NCBI GenBank assembly: GCA_963575745.1
Contig: CAUYUJ010000115.1
Span: 186,001-250,000 of the forward strand
Direction: 5' to 3'
From: Prorocentrum cordatum
Lineage: Eukaryota
Length of the DNA: 64,000 nt
Under the pieces are notes generated by a model, which saw only the letters and a program-made list of their open reading frames with translations, made no database searches and was not told the DNA's origin. A program made the translations under genes and the position numbers. Positions 1 through 59,163 of the stretch are shown here, piece by piece. Each line of letters begins with the position of its first letter. Position 1 is the stretch's first letter.

Positions 1-503
1 TTGGGCCGTCTTGGGGGAGTCTGGGGCCGTCCTGGGCGCCTCCTGGGAGCCTCTGGGGGCCGCCTGGGGGCCGTGTTGGGCGCCTCTTGGGTCTCTGGAC
101 GCTCTCGCGGGCCTGTTTTCGTGCCTCTGGGGGGCCTCTTGGGCCGTCTTGGGGCGGTCGTGGGGGCCTCTTGTCCCATCTTTTGCGCCATACTCCCGAC
201 AAGCAGTGCGTGCTAAAATTTGATGTTTTTCGTTGGAAAAACAATGATTTGATCCTGGGACGCCTCTTGAGCGTCTCTGGGGCCGTCGTGGAGGCCTCCT
301 GGGCCTTGTCGGGACCGTTTTCGGCGGTCTGGAGCTCTCTTGGAGCGCTCTTGGGCCGTTTTTGGGGTGTCTGGGGCCGTCCTGGGCGCCTCTGGGGCCG
401 CGTGAGCGCCTCTGGGGCGTCCCTGGAGCCGTTGTGGGGCATTTTTCGCCCATCAAGACAGGGACCCTTCCCGCACGCACGGGTCCCTGCATTGTAGAGA
501 AGA
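1..503 (-). mobile_element. Helitron-like element E19 (runs off the window)
   Basis: Left end TCTTCTCTACAATGCAGGG directly after the CTAG of E18. Confidence 0.65.
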
Positions 504-1185
504 CTAGGGCTGACCTGTGGACTCCGTCCACGACATCTTTCTGTAATGGTTCTCGGAGGAACGGCGGAGATTTTGCCGAAGGCCAATAAGCACGGCGGCG
601 GCCGGGGCGGAGGCAGCCAAACTGAAGTCTCACGGGGATGTGCGTCAAAATTGAAGCCCATCTGAGGCGTCTCGTGAGCGCCTGGGGAAGGGCTCGGGAG
701 GCCCTCGGGGAAAGCCACCGGGAGCGCCGGGGAGTCTTGCCAGGATCTCTTCGGGCGCTTTTGGGCCATCTTGGAACCCTTTTGGCCCGTCTAGGACCTC
801 TCTTGGAAGTTTGAGGCACTAGGAGCCGTCTGGAGCAGTTCTTGGGGCGAAGTTGGGAGATCCTGAGAGTCAGTCAACGACTATGGGAAATCTTCGATTC
901 GGGCATCGTGGGGCCGTCAGTCATCCAGGTCCTCTTGGCCGTCTTGGAGGGCCTCCTGGCTCGCGTTGGGGCCGTCTTGGGCCATTCTGAGGCTCGCTTC
1001 GGGCTCTCTGGGACCACCTGGGCTTGGGCCGTCGTTGGACGTCCTGGAGCCTTCCAGCGGCCGTCCAGCGCCGTCCGGGGTCGCCCCAGGGGCACCGGGT
1101 CGCCCCTGGAGCGCCGGGAGCCGCCCCGGCCTGCTGCCGCTGCAGCGCCATCTCGCGCGCGCGGGCCCGAGCTTGGTGGTACAGG
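504..1185 (-). mobile_element. Helitron-like element E18
   Basis: Left end gtcA^CCTGTACCAC; right end GTGGAC-GGA-GTCCAC-aggtcagccCTAG. Confidence 0.75.
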
Positions 1186-46748
<45,563 letters not shown>

Positions 46749-47557
46749 CTGTGAGATCTGACGCCGAAGCCAAGATACACCATCATTAATAATCACAACA
46801 ATCGAGCATTTATTCGCGGCGATCATGGACGTTATGGGGGTGGGAGAGGAGGTATGGCGGAGGGGGCATAACGCAACGCCCCCGCCGTGTGGGTCCAGAC
46901 TGTGGAGTTGAACGCAATGCGGCAGTACCAGGGACGTATTGGGGGGGGCGTTGCGTTAGGGGGTGGGGGAGGGGAGGGGAGAAGGGCAGAACGCGCGTTA
47001 TTGCCCAAAGGGTAAAAAAAACAATCTCAAAAACCCTCGGCCCAATCTTTCCGCGGCACTTCTCGAGCCGGATCGACCCGTGAGAGCCGCGGCCTCCAAA
47101 ACGGAGCGAAAGCGCCAGGTGTGCCAAAAAAGTCGACACCCCAATTTCAGGGTCCTTCCTTATTCCCTGAGTCAACAACAGGAGTGCAATGTCCGAAGGT
47201 CCGCGCGGGTTTCCTGAATCGGCGCAGGACACCCCTGCCCTGGCGCGAGGAGCGCGCCAGAGGCGGCACAAGAAGCGCCGCCAGGGGGATCCAGCGCAGA
47301 TCCAAGAGATCCGCGCGGTCATTCCAACATTGCGTTTCTGCGCAATCGATCTGTATATATGGCGGATTTCGGAGACCCTGAACCCAAACAAGTTTTCATC
47401 GATTGGGAGATCGACTTGTTACTTCCGCCGCCTTCCGCAAGCCTTCCGCCGCCTCCCGCCGCTCTTCGGCCGCCTTCCGCCGCGGAAGAGATGACAGCTC
47501 CTCTATCCTCGAAGGCAAGGCGTGTGTGTTTTTTGTCTCTGGGACACCTCATACGTG

Positions 47558-47950
47558 TATATATGAATGTATGCATGTATGTTTGTGTGTATGTTTGTTT
47601 GCATGCATGTATGCATGTATCCATGCATGTGTGCCTGCATGCCTGCATGCATGCATGCATGCACGCCTGCTTGTATGTATGTATGTATGTATGTATGGAT
47701 GGTTGGATGGATGGATGGATGGATGGATGGATGGATTGATGGATGGATGACTGTATGCCTGTACGTATGTATGTCTGTGTGTATGTATGTATGTGTGTAT
47801 GTAGTTATGTACGTATGTACGTATGTACGTATGTACGTATGTACGTATGTACGTATTTATGTATGTATGTATGTATGTATGTAGGTAGGTAGGTAGGTAG
47901 GTAGGTAGGTAGGTAGGTCTGGATGGATGGATGGATGGACGGATGTATGC
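47558..47950. repeat. Mixed ATGT/GCAT/GGAT/AGGT tetranucleotide tract
   Basis: Direct reading. Confidence 0.9.
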
Positions 47951-48764
47951 ATGTGTGTGTCTTCGTCGATTCTCCTGGTCCGGGGGAGGGGCAGGGGGCC
48001 CGCCAATGGGGAGGAGAGACCGTGATCTCGGGCGACCGTCCGCCCTTTTGCTGCGGGGGCTCCCGGCGCTCCCACACTGGAGGCCCGGCGGCCCCCGCCT
48101 CCAATGGGCACTAACACCAGAACAGTCCTCCTCCTCCTCCTCCTCCTCCTCCTCCTCCTCCTCCTCGTCCTCCCCGTCTCCCTCTCCCTCCCCCCCCCTC
48201 CTCCTCCTCAGGGGGGTGCGCCCACCGGGTGAGGATGGTCCTAGATTTCGGTGCTGGTGGTAATCCTTCTGCCACCCTGGAAGCCCGAATCTGACCACCA
48301 TCGGGATCCTCTTCCCTCGGTTTGAGGCGCACACCGCCGGTATTGGTGTTGGCGTCCATCTCTAGGCCTCGTTTCTGGCTTCCTGGAATTCGGAGGCAAC
48401 TCCTGGGAGGCCTTCGTGGGAGCGCCCAAGGGCTACAAAGCCAGGTCCGGAAGGATTTGAATCATACTAAGACAGATTAGGCCCAGGAATAAAACCAGGG
48501 TGAACTAAATTCCGCTGGCTCGAGCAGGATTGGGCCGGGGTAGGACGGCCCGTGGATCTGCAGGTACGACATACCTGTTCGTGACAGAAGGTTTGGGGGG
48601 TGATGCTATCTTTGATTTGCACTGAACGCACAATTCAACTCACGAGTGGACACACTTCGGGGCATCAAGATTAATGTTCATCAATATATCAATGTATGTG
48701 AATGTATGTGTGTGTGTGTGCGTCTGCCTGTCTGTCTGTCTGTCTGTTTGTCTGTCTATGTGTC

Positions 48765-48795
<31 letters not shown>

Positions 48796-48932
48796 GTCTG
48801 TCTATCTGTCTGTCTGTCTGTCTGTCTCTGTCTGTCAATGATTCACGTGTTCCTCTCATCTCGCTATAAAAATACGTGGGTACACATCTGTAGATATACA
48901 TATATACGATCTAACAACCGAACCACCAGGAC

Positions 48933-49745
48933 AACCATCGGGTCAACAATCGGACCAACTATCGGGACAACCAATCGGGAAAACCATCAGGACAACCATC
49001 GCGACAACCATCGGGACAACTATCGGGACAACCAACAGGACAACCGATCAGGCAACCATCGGGACAACCCGTCGGGACAAGCGTCGGGTCTACCGCTGGA
49101 ACAACCAACAGAACAACCATCGGGGAAACCCATCGGGACAACCATCGGGATATCCATCGGGACAACAGCCAGGATAACAATCAGGACGACCATCGGGACA
49201 AGCATCGGGCAACATGTGGAGAAAACCGTCGGGACAACCATCGGGACAACCATCGGGACAACCATCGGGACAACCAACAGGACAACCATGGGGACAACCG
49301 TGTGGACAGCTATCGGGACGACCATCGGGACAACCATCAGGGCTACCATCGGAACAACCAACAGGACAACCATCGGGACAACCCATCGGGACAACCATCG
49401 GGACAACCATCGGGATATCCATCGGGGTATCCATCGGGACAGCAACCCTGGGGACAACCATCGGGGCTCTGATCGGAACAACTGTCGGAACAAGCCATCG
49501 GGGCAAGTCATTGGGACAACCAACTGGATAACCATCGGGACATCGATCGGGACGGCCATCGGGGCAACCATCGGGACAACCATCGGGACAACCATCGGAA
49601 CAACCATCAGGACAACCATCGGACAACCATCGGGACAACAATGGGGACAACCAACAGGACAACCATGGGGACAACCATGTGGAAAGCTCTTGGGACACCC
49701 ATCGGAGCAACCATCGGGACAACCATCGGGATCACCATCGGAACA
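48933..49745. repeat. 12-bp (ACAACCATCGGG)n satellite
   Basis: Direct reading; second array at ~53727-53995. Confidence 0.9.
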
Positions 49746-50371
49746 CAAAAGCGAACATCTGAACAAACATGGATCATCCCTCCATCGGCCCCACGATCTA
49801 TCGACCTCACAATATATCGATATACCTGTCTCTCCATCTAATTACACTGATTTGCACATCTATGTAGTATCATGTATGTGTCTACACACGTCCACTATGA
49901 AAGTACCAGTGTCCTTAGGTCTTAGATAGCTTTCAATCCTGCTGCATTGGTTGTCCGTTGTTTATCAAAAAGGGGCTCTTGCGTTTACAATGGTTGTCGC
50001 CTGGCTTGTCATAACTGCTGCTGCTTCCGCATGGATTGCCAAACACGGTTGATCTGTTTCTGTCCCACAGGGCGCAGTTTCCGCATTCTGTCCGCACTGA
50101 GCATCTATACTGATTTCTCATGAGGGCAACTTTCCTATTACATACAGAAGACATGTGTGTATATCGATGTGTATATATGTAGATATCGGAGGCTGGGGGG
50201 TGAGATCGCAATGGAACGGAGATCCCCAACCCGGAAATCGCTTCGTTTCGTTAGTGTCGTGCGTGCGGGCGAGGCGAAGCTGCGTGGGCGCGCGAGAGGA
50301 ATGAACCCGCCGTTGCCAGGGCGAAGTCAAGACAAATTATTCTTCCCCGCCCGCCCGTCCGGCGGCGGCTC

Positions 50372-51627
50372 GCGGTGTCCCGCGGTGTCCCGTGGTGTCC
50401 CGTGGTGTCCGCCGTTGCTAGGGCGAGGTCAAGACAAATGATTATCCCTCGCCCGCCAGTCCGGCGGTGGCTCGCGGTGTCCCGCGGTGTCCCGTGGTGT
50501 CCCGTGGTGTCCCTTGTTGTCCACCGTTGCTAGGGCGAAATCAAGACAAATGATTCTCCCCCCGCCTGCCGCCCGTCCGTCCGTCCGTCCGGCGGTGGCT
50601 CGCGGTGTCCCGCGGCGTCCCGTGCTGTCCCGCGGTGTCCCGTGGTGTCCCGTAGAGTGAGATCGATAGTGAGATCGACACTGAGATCGATACTGAGACC
50701 GATACTGAGATCCATACTGAGATCGATGTGATGCCCCGAGGTGCCCCGTGGAGTCCCAAAAAGTGAGATCGATAGTGAGATCGATAGTGAGATCGACAGG
50801 TGTCCCGTGGTGTCCCGTGGTGTCCGTCCCGTGGAGTAAGATCGATAGTGAGATCGATAGTGAGATCGATACTGAGCTCGATGTGGTGTCCCGTGGTGTC
50901 CCGTGGTGTCCCGTGGTGTCCCAAAAAGTGAGGTCGATAGTGAGATCGATAGTGAGATCGACAGGTGTCTCGTGGTGTCCCGTGGTGTCCCGTTGAGAGA
51001 GATAGATAGTGAGATCGATAGTGAGATCGGTAGTTAGACCGATAGTGAGATCGAGACGTGTCCCGCGGTGTCCCGTGGTGTCCCGTTGAGTGAGATCGAT
51101 AGTGAGATCGGTAGTGAGATCGACAAGTGTCCCGTGGTGTCCCGTGGTGTCCCGTTGAGTAAGATCGATAGTGAGATCGATTGAGTCAGATGTTTGTTCC
51201 CCCCCTCTCCCCCCCCCACAACCTCCTGATCACCCGAAGGGTGGTCGTATAAGTAGGTATTTACATCGGAGGTGAGGGGGTGAGATCGAAATGGAACGGA
51301 GAGCCCCCCTACCCGAAAATCGGTTTCGGTTTCGTGTTCGTGCGTGCCGTGCGTGCGGGCGAGGCGAAGCTGCGTGGGCGGGCGAGAAGAAAGTCTCCTC
51401 CGGCTGAGGCGCGGCCAAACCAAATGATTCCTTTCCGGGGGCCGGCGGCCCGCGGTGTCCCGCCGGTGTCCCGCCTCCGGCTGAGGCGCGGCCGGACCAA
51501 ATGATTCCTTTCCGGGGGCCGGTGGCCCGCGGTGTCCCGCCGGTGTCCCGCCGGTGTCCCGTCGGTGTCCCGATGATGGTGATGATGATGATGATGATGA
51601 TAATGATGATGATGATGTTGATGATGT

Positions 51628-51665
<38 letters not shown>

Positions 51666-52558
51666 GTGATGGTGATGGTGATGATGATGGTGATGTTGAT
51701 GATCAGGATGATGATGTGGTGATGATGATGATTTCGATGATGGTGGCCCGATAATGGTGATGATGATGCTGATGTTGATGATGATGATGGTGTCCCGGTG
51801 ATGATGATGATGGTGATGATGATGGTTACGATGATGATGGTGTTCCGATGATGATGATGATGTTGATGCTGATGGTGCTGATGATGATGGTGTCCCGATG
51901 GTGATGACAATTGATAATGATGTTGATGATGCTGTTCATGATGATGATGAGATGATGATGATGATGCTGATGATGATGGTGTTCCGATGATGATGATGGT
52001 GATGATGATGTTGTCCCGGTGATGATGGTGATGTTGATGATGATGACGATGATGGTGTCCCAATGGTAATGATGTTGATGATGAGGATGATGGTGATGAG
52101 GTGATGATCATGATATTGATGATGGTGGCCCGATGATGGTGATGATGATGATGCTGATGATAATGATGACGATGGTGTCCCGGTGATGATGATGATGGTG
52201 ATGATGATGGTGACGATGATGATGATGTCCCGATGATGATGCTGATGATGATATTGATGATGATGTTGCTGGTGATGATGATGGTGTCCCGATGATGATG
52301 ATGTTGATGATGATGGTGTTGATGAGTATGATGATGGGATGATGATGATGGTGTTGTTCTGATGATGAAGATGGTGTCCCGATGATGATGATGATGATGA
52401 TGTTGGAGATGATGGTGACGATGATGGTGTCTCGATGCTGCTGATGATGGTGGTGATGATGATGGTATTGGTGATGATGGTGATAAGGTGGTGATGATGA
52501 TGGTGTCCCGATGATGATGATGATGATGTTGATGTTGAAGACGATGATGTTGATACGA

Positions 52559-52591
<33 letters not shown>

Positions 52592-53300
52592 CTGATGGTG
52601 ATGATGATGATGACGTTGATTGTGGGATCGATAGTGAGATCGATCGTGAGATCGATAGTGAGACCAAATGTGAGATCGATTGTGAGATCGATAGTGAGAT
52701 CGATAGTGAGATCAATTGTGAAATCGATAGTCAGATCGACTGTGAGATCGATCGAATGAAATAGATCGGGTGAGATCGATTGTGATATCGATCGAGTGAG
52801 ATCGATCGAGCTAGTCCGATAGTGAGATCGATAGTGAGATCGATAGTGAGACCGATCGAGTGAGACGTTGGTTCATCCCCCCCGAACCTCCTGATCACCC
52901 GAAGGGTGGTCGTATAGATGTCGAAGGCGAGGGGTTGAGATCGCATTGAGATGGAGAGCCCCCCACCGGGAATTTGTTTTCGGTTTCGTGTTCGTGTCGT
53001 GCGCGCGAGCGAGACGAAGCTGCGTGGGCGGGCGCGAGGCTCCTCTGGCTAGGGCGCCGCCAGGCCAAAAGACCGCCCCTCGTCGGGTTGTCTGGCGGTG
53101 GCCGCGGGAGTCCCGCCATGGTGTCCCGATGGCGTCCCGGGGTGTCACGTGGTGTCCCGTCACGCGGTCTCCCTTGGTGTCCCATGACGCGGTCGCCCGT
53201 GGTGTCCCGTGAGGTCGATAGTGAGATCAATAGCGAGATCGATCGAGTGAAATCGATTATGAGATCGATCGTGAGATCGATACTGAGATTTATACTGAGA
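50372..53300. repeat. Composite satellite region: (GTGTCCCGTG)n, (GAGATCGATAGT)n and (GAT)n (51572-52620)
   Basis: Direct reading; interleaved with a ~150-bp dispersed repeat at ~50195, 51275, 52930 and inverted at ~54060. Confidence 0.85.
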
Positions 53301-55179
53301 TTGACTGAATGAGACGTTGGTTCCGCCCCCCCCCCCGCACCTCCTGATCACCCGGAGGTATGTCGTATAGCATCGCAAACCTATTCTTTGTTATGGCCAC
53401 GCAGAGCATGTGTTTGCAGCGTCGCATCAGACAGCGAGACAGACAGAAGCCGCGCCCAGACGGCGCATTGGCATGGAAAGTTGTGGCAAGTGACGCCGTG
53501 CGGGCACAGGCAAAGAATGAATTCGGATGTGATTGCGCTGCCGGCGGCTCGGTTGATCACCATGGGAAGACTTTGTATCCCATGGGACGCGATGCGTCAA
53601 CCGGCGGACAATCCGGAGAGAGGGAGGGGGAAGGAGGGGGGAGGGAGCGGGAGGGAGGAGGGGGACAAAGGCAAAGATGCGCAGAGCACATATGTTTTGG
53701 CACCATGGCCTCGCAACTGCATCGAAACAACCATCGTGAAAACGATCGGGATAACCATCGGGGCAACCATCGGGACAACCCATCAATACAAACCTCGGGA
53801 CAAGCCTCGGAGCGTCCATCGGGACAGTCATCGGTATAACAATCGGGATAACCATCATGACAACCACCAGGACACCCATCGGGATAAGCATCGGGACAAC
53901 CATCATGACAACCATCGGTTCACCCATCGGAGCAACAATCAAGGCAACCATCGAGAAAACCATCAAGACAACCATCGCGACAACCTATCGGGACAAGCCC
54001 GCGCCACGGCCGCGGCGGGGGGCGACTCAGTTTTGTCTGACGGTGTCTCTAGAGGACGAACTCGCGCAGCTTCGCCCCGCCACGTCCGCACGCACATCAC
54101 GCACGACACGAACCGAAACCGAATCCGACTCCCCAGTTGGGGCACCTCACGTTTCACTTCGGTCTCACCCTCCCAACCTCCGACAGGCGACGATGCTGAA
54201 TTAAACATTCCACCCCTCAGGAAACACATCCGAACTCCCCCTGCTTCGGGGAGAGCAAGCGACCACAACCACATCGACGACACCCCCAGGGGAAAGTCTT
54301 GCGCATGCCACAAACTGCCAGATGTGGCGACCCAGGGCGGCCAAATGGACAACAACCACAACCCAAGTGCTCATGTCGACGTCGGTGAGTTCTCCCCCGA
54401 AGGGCCCTCCCGAAAAACCACTTCGTTGTGGTTGTGGTTCTTTGATCTGCCCGCATTAACATCTGGCGACTTGAACAACGAGATCGTGGCGGACCTTCGC
54501 CATGGTCGACGCCCTGGAGAGGCTGCGTCTGGGACTCTGGGGGCCGCGGGAAAGAACGGTTCGTCATGAGAGGCCCGCACGGAACGGGGGACTCGAGAAG
54601 TCAGGGGGGCCTGCGTCTCGGACACATCGACTCTCGATCCCTCCCTCCCTCCCAGACGCCCCCAGAAGACCTTGATGACCATTTTTGCTGTTAAGGAGAA
54701 GCAGAGCGACGACGAGGACGGAGACGACCTGTGAGGCCCTGGTAAATACGACGATGGCCGAGACGTTGACAGGACGGTCCGCTGGAACGTGCTGAGAGGC
54801 CCTGGCACTTCTCGACAGCAGCCGCCCCTCTGTGCCAAGGTCGTGTGCCTTGGCACGCGTGGTCTCAAAGCTCACTGCCGACGCGAGCCCAGAGGACCTC
54901 GAAACGGAAGAGCTCATACGTGTTCCGGAAGCCTACGATCAGCCCACCCCCGCTCCGCCCCTCAAGGTAGTCCGGGGCGGCCCACGGAGGGGCTCGCAGG
55001 TGAAGTCAAGTCGGGTCCGGGGCTGTTCAAGTCCGGTTGAGGGGTCCAGAGGCCGCTCGCTCCGCAAGCGGAGACGGAGGGCGTGAAAGCATACGGCAAG
55101 AAGACGCGCATGCAAGAGAAAGGGTGAATCGAATATCGATGTAAAACTCTACCTTACATCGTGCGTTCCACCACGTGTG

Positions 55180-55600
55180 ATTCAAACATGCAGTCTCCAA
55201 CCGCTGCCAGGGGAAAGGCTCTTTGGCGACCTACAACATGTGATAAACTCGTACCTTGCTCCTGTCTTCAGAAAGAATCGACGGCGTCCGTCCATCTACG
55301 TCGCGGCCGGCCTCGGCGTCGAACTCCTGGCGGGCGCCATTGTAACACTTGCGCTGGCCACGTTTGCGGGCCACCAGTGGCAAGACGCGCCACAAGGCGC
55401 CACAGGGAGTGATACATCACAACGAGCCAGACTGAAATGGGGAAAATGCCTAAAACGACGCGCACTTTTTGCTTGCAACGTCGCCCCGCTTCCTCCCAGC
55501 TTTCGCTGGGATGCTTGTTGAAACCGACCATCTTGCGCAGCATTTTTGCTCGCGTCGACGCAATCCGCGACCGATGGACTGCTGTCGTGGCTGTCGTCGA
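55180..55600 (-). mobile_element. 5'-truncated LINE 3' fragment (RTE-like C-terminus)
   Basis: KMLRKMVG...ESWEE...WPAQVLQWRPPGVRRRGRPRRRWTDAV, matching the WxPxGxRxxGRPxxRWxD motif at the end of RTE-type ORFs. Confidence 0.75.
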
Positions 55601-56146
55601 GATGCCGTCGACACAAAAAAATAGACACAAATAAATAGACACAAACAAATAGACACATATCCCAGCATTCCCCCTATGTTTTCGATATGTTCTGGATGCT
55701 CGTCTTCCCCCCCCCCCACACACTTCCAAAATGTTCCCATCTTTTCCTGGCGGTCGACGATGAATTGTGTCTGTGTGCTTTTTCCCTCCTGACAATCACC
55801 TAAACTCTGTTAAGGTCCAGCGCACGAGGTCAGAACTCCAGCGCATGGGACCTTTACGCCAGCCAGCCTGCCCTGCTCGTACCGCACGTTAGCCTGCAAC
55901 TGAGGACGCGGCACGCGAATTCTGGGATTATTACGCTGCTGCGTGCAGCTGCACAGCTGATGCACTCAGCAGCGAAAACTAAGGCGCACAGGGAAGCACC
56001 AGTCATCAGCGCGCGCCTGCAATATTCAAAACCAGAGTAGCTGCAACCAGTGCAAAATAGTTGCAACTTATCCAGAACAGACCCGAGAAAACGATCCTCC
56101 GCCACCAGACGCGACTGGGCGATATCTGTTCGTACTCGCTGGAAAT

Positions 56147-56320
56147 GATATCTCGGCGTCCTCGTCGGTGGTGACTGGTATCTCGGGATCCTCTTCGGCG
56201 GTGACTGGTATCTCGGGGTCATCGTCGGTGGTGACTGGTATCTCGGCGTCCTCGTCGGCGGTGACTGGGATCTCGGGGTCCTGGTCGGCGGTGACTGGTA
56301 CCTCGGGGTCCTCGCCGGTG
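56147..56320. repeat. 30-bp tandem repeat, about 6 units
   Basis: tatctcgg.gtcctcgtcggcggtgactgg. Confidence 0.9.
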
Positions 56321-56971
56321 GAGCTCTACGGGCGGCGCTCACCGACCCAAGTTGGTGGACCCGTGCTCGAAGAACTCGGCGGGCAACACGCGACCGCGCT
56401 CCGCGAGCTGAAGAGCGAAGGCCGCGATCGCCGGGCGGAGCATCGCGCCGGGGCGCGGGCGCCCCATCCCGAGGGCAGGGGCCCGCAGCGCCGAGGGCTG
56501 CCAACGCGAGGCCGCTGGGACCGGCAGACGGCTCGAAGCAGCTGGCCTGCGCCAGGAGCGCCCCACGGGCACCGTCGGGAGCGCCGCAGGGGGACGTGCC
56601 ATCGCTCGGACGTGCATTCCCCGTGCATTGCTCGGTTTCGTGCGTGTTTCTGTTCGGCTCGATGAGCAAGGATGCTCCTCGATGGTCCTCGCCGAGGGAA
56701 ACGTGCACACGTCGGAGCGATGCCAAGGGGATGTCGCGACTGCCGACCACCCTGGGGGTTGGTTGAGGCCAGCCCAGCAGCCTGGACTGCTTTCAGGAGG
56801 CGGGGTCGGTCGGCATCGAATCGGGAAGCCGGATCAAGTCGGAATGTGCGTCGGAAAGGGCCGCATCGGCACGGCGTCAAAACCGAACAGGGTCAGCTGC
56901 GAAAGGACGCACAACAGCGCAATGCAAGCATTGGACCGCATCGGATCGTCGGAAGATCTGAAAGACCCACT

Positions 56972-57646
56972 TCTTGGCGGCGCGCACAAGGGGGTAAGGG
57001 AGGAGGGAAGGCTTCTTAGAAGGAGGCTGCTTCATAGAAGGCGCCGGCCCTACATCTGCACACAAGGACAGTGCATTCTAAGAAGCAGGGGTTACTTCTA
57101 AGAAGCCTTCCCCCCTCCCCCATACCCCCTTGTCTTGCCATCGCTCGGACGTCCATTCCCCGTGCATGTTCCGGCTTCGTGCGTGCTGTTTTTTGGCCAG
57201 ATGATCCGGGATGCTCCTCGATGGTCCTCGCCAAGAAAAAATGCACACGTCCGAGCGATGCCAAGTTGTGCGCGTGGCCGAACTCCATCGAAGTTTTATC
57301 GAATGGGCATCGGCATCGACATCGATCGGATCGCCTGCACCCTGCAACGGGACCGATTGTGCGCCTGTGCGCCACCCTGCGCCTCGCCATTTCCCCCCCT
57401 CATGTCTCCGAGGGTCCTTGCAAGAGGTCCTCGGAACTGCTGTGGAGGCCTCCGGGAGCTCAGAAACAACACGAAGGGCACAACAAAGAAACGCCCCAGG
57501 ATCTTTATCCTCGGCCCACGACCCTCGACCCTCGACCCCCGTGCCTCGACGGCGACGACGAAAACGACGACAAGAACGACGATGACGCACACGACAACCA
57601 GGTGCCGAAGACGACGACCAGGTGCCGACGACGACGACAACGACCC

Positions 57647-57690
<44 letters not shown>
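56972..57690 (+). repeat. Dispersed ~700-bp repeat, copy 1 (copy 2 at ~63047-63747)
   Basis: Collinear similarity from cttggcggcgcgcacaagggg through the foldback to the (GAC)n tail. Confidence 0.8.
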
Positions 57691-58814
57691 TGCCAGACGA
57701 CGACGACGACGACGACGACGAGCCAGACGACGACGGCGACGCAGGCGACGAGCACGACGACGACCACGACGACGGCGACGAGCACGAAGACGACGCCAGC
57801 GACCGAGCGCCCCCCCGGTGGGCGACGCAAGGCCGCCGCACGCCTCGTCCCCCAGCGTCGCCATCGCCTTGCTCGAGAAGGACGTCTTGCCCTGCGGGCG
57901 GCCGAGCCGCCCGCCGCCCGCGCCCCGCCGCGGCCGCGACTCGGGGGCCACGGGCGTGCTTTGTGTCTTTCATGTTTCCGCGTTTTGGTTTCCGGCGTGC
58001 TTTTTGTAGCCCTGGCAGCGAAGAACTTCATCGTCGAGAGCAGGAGGAGGCGGAGGAGCAGGGCACGAGCCTCCTCCTCGTCGTCGTCGCGCCCTGCTCC
58101 TCCTCCGGGGAGTCCGTGGGGGCGCCGCCGAGGCAGAGGCGGAGGCCGCCGAGGCCGAGGCCGAGGCCACAGGTCGCCAAGGGGCACCGGCGGTGACATT
58201 CACGTGGACTCTCGGAGGTCCGCGCGGACGACAGGGGATGTGTGGACCCCTATCCCCAGGCTTCGTGGGGTTTTCTCGAGTGGGCCAGAATTTTGGGTCC
58301 CAACCCCGGGGGGCACGAATGGGAGGGCATCGATCCTCGAGAGGCGTGCGTCGAAATGGCCCCCAATGGGGCGTATCCCAAGGTTCCCCCTCCTTCTGAG
58401 TGGCCAAACTTTTCGGGCAGGACCCGAGGGCCGGGCTAAAAAATCGCCGGCGGGAGGATTTCTCGGATGGGCGCTGGAGCCCTCTCCCTGGCGCGCTCCG
58501 CGCGCCAGGGGCGGCGACGGAGGCGCCGCCAGGGGGCTCCAGCGCTGATCCGAGAAAGCTGCGCGGACCTCCGAAAAGCTGTACTTCTGCCGTCCTTCCT
58601 CCTTCGAGTCTGGTCGGGTGTTGCCAAGGGTGCCCCTGGCCCAAGGTGCGCCCAGCTTTTCGCTCAATTGTTCGCGCCCCTGGAGCCCTCTGGGCCTCGT
58701 GAGGGGTGATCTGGAGGCCGCGGGGGCCTCTTTGGAACTCCTGAGGGCACCTTGGGCACGGGGCACTTCTAGGATTAGGTCGGTCAAACATAGTCCCGAA
58801 CTTTTTTTTTTTTA

Positions 58815-58854
<40 letters not shown>

Positions 58855-58990
58855 GTCCCCAGACGATTTTCTGACTATTTTTGAATTGTCCTCCTGTACT
58901 ATGGGCATGGCCGACTTCATTCTGGCAACACCCGATCAGAGCTCATGATCGTGGAAATGTTGGCTCCCCAATTTTGGACGCCCGAAATGG

Positions 58991-59163
58991 GTACGGAAAA
59001 ATGGGTACAGTACCCAACAACAAATGCTGTCCCAAACCCACAGCGGCCGCTATTGGGCAGGCCTTCTGTCTCAAATGTACACAGGCCGCGGCGACACCGA
59101 CAGCGAGTCCTGTTCAAAATGCACAGGAACCGCTGTTGGGCATTGTACCCATTCTTTCCGTAC
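58991..59163. mobile_element. MITE-like element with ~31-bp terminal inverted repeats
   Basis: GTACGGAAAAATGGGTACAGTACCCAACAAC versus reverse complement of 59132-59163 GTACGGAAAGAATGGGTACAATGCCCAACAGC. Confidence 0.7.
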
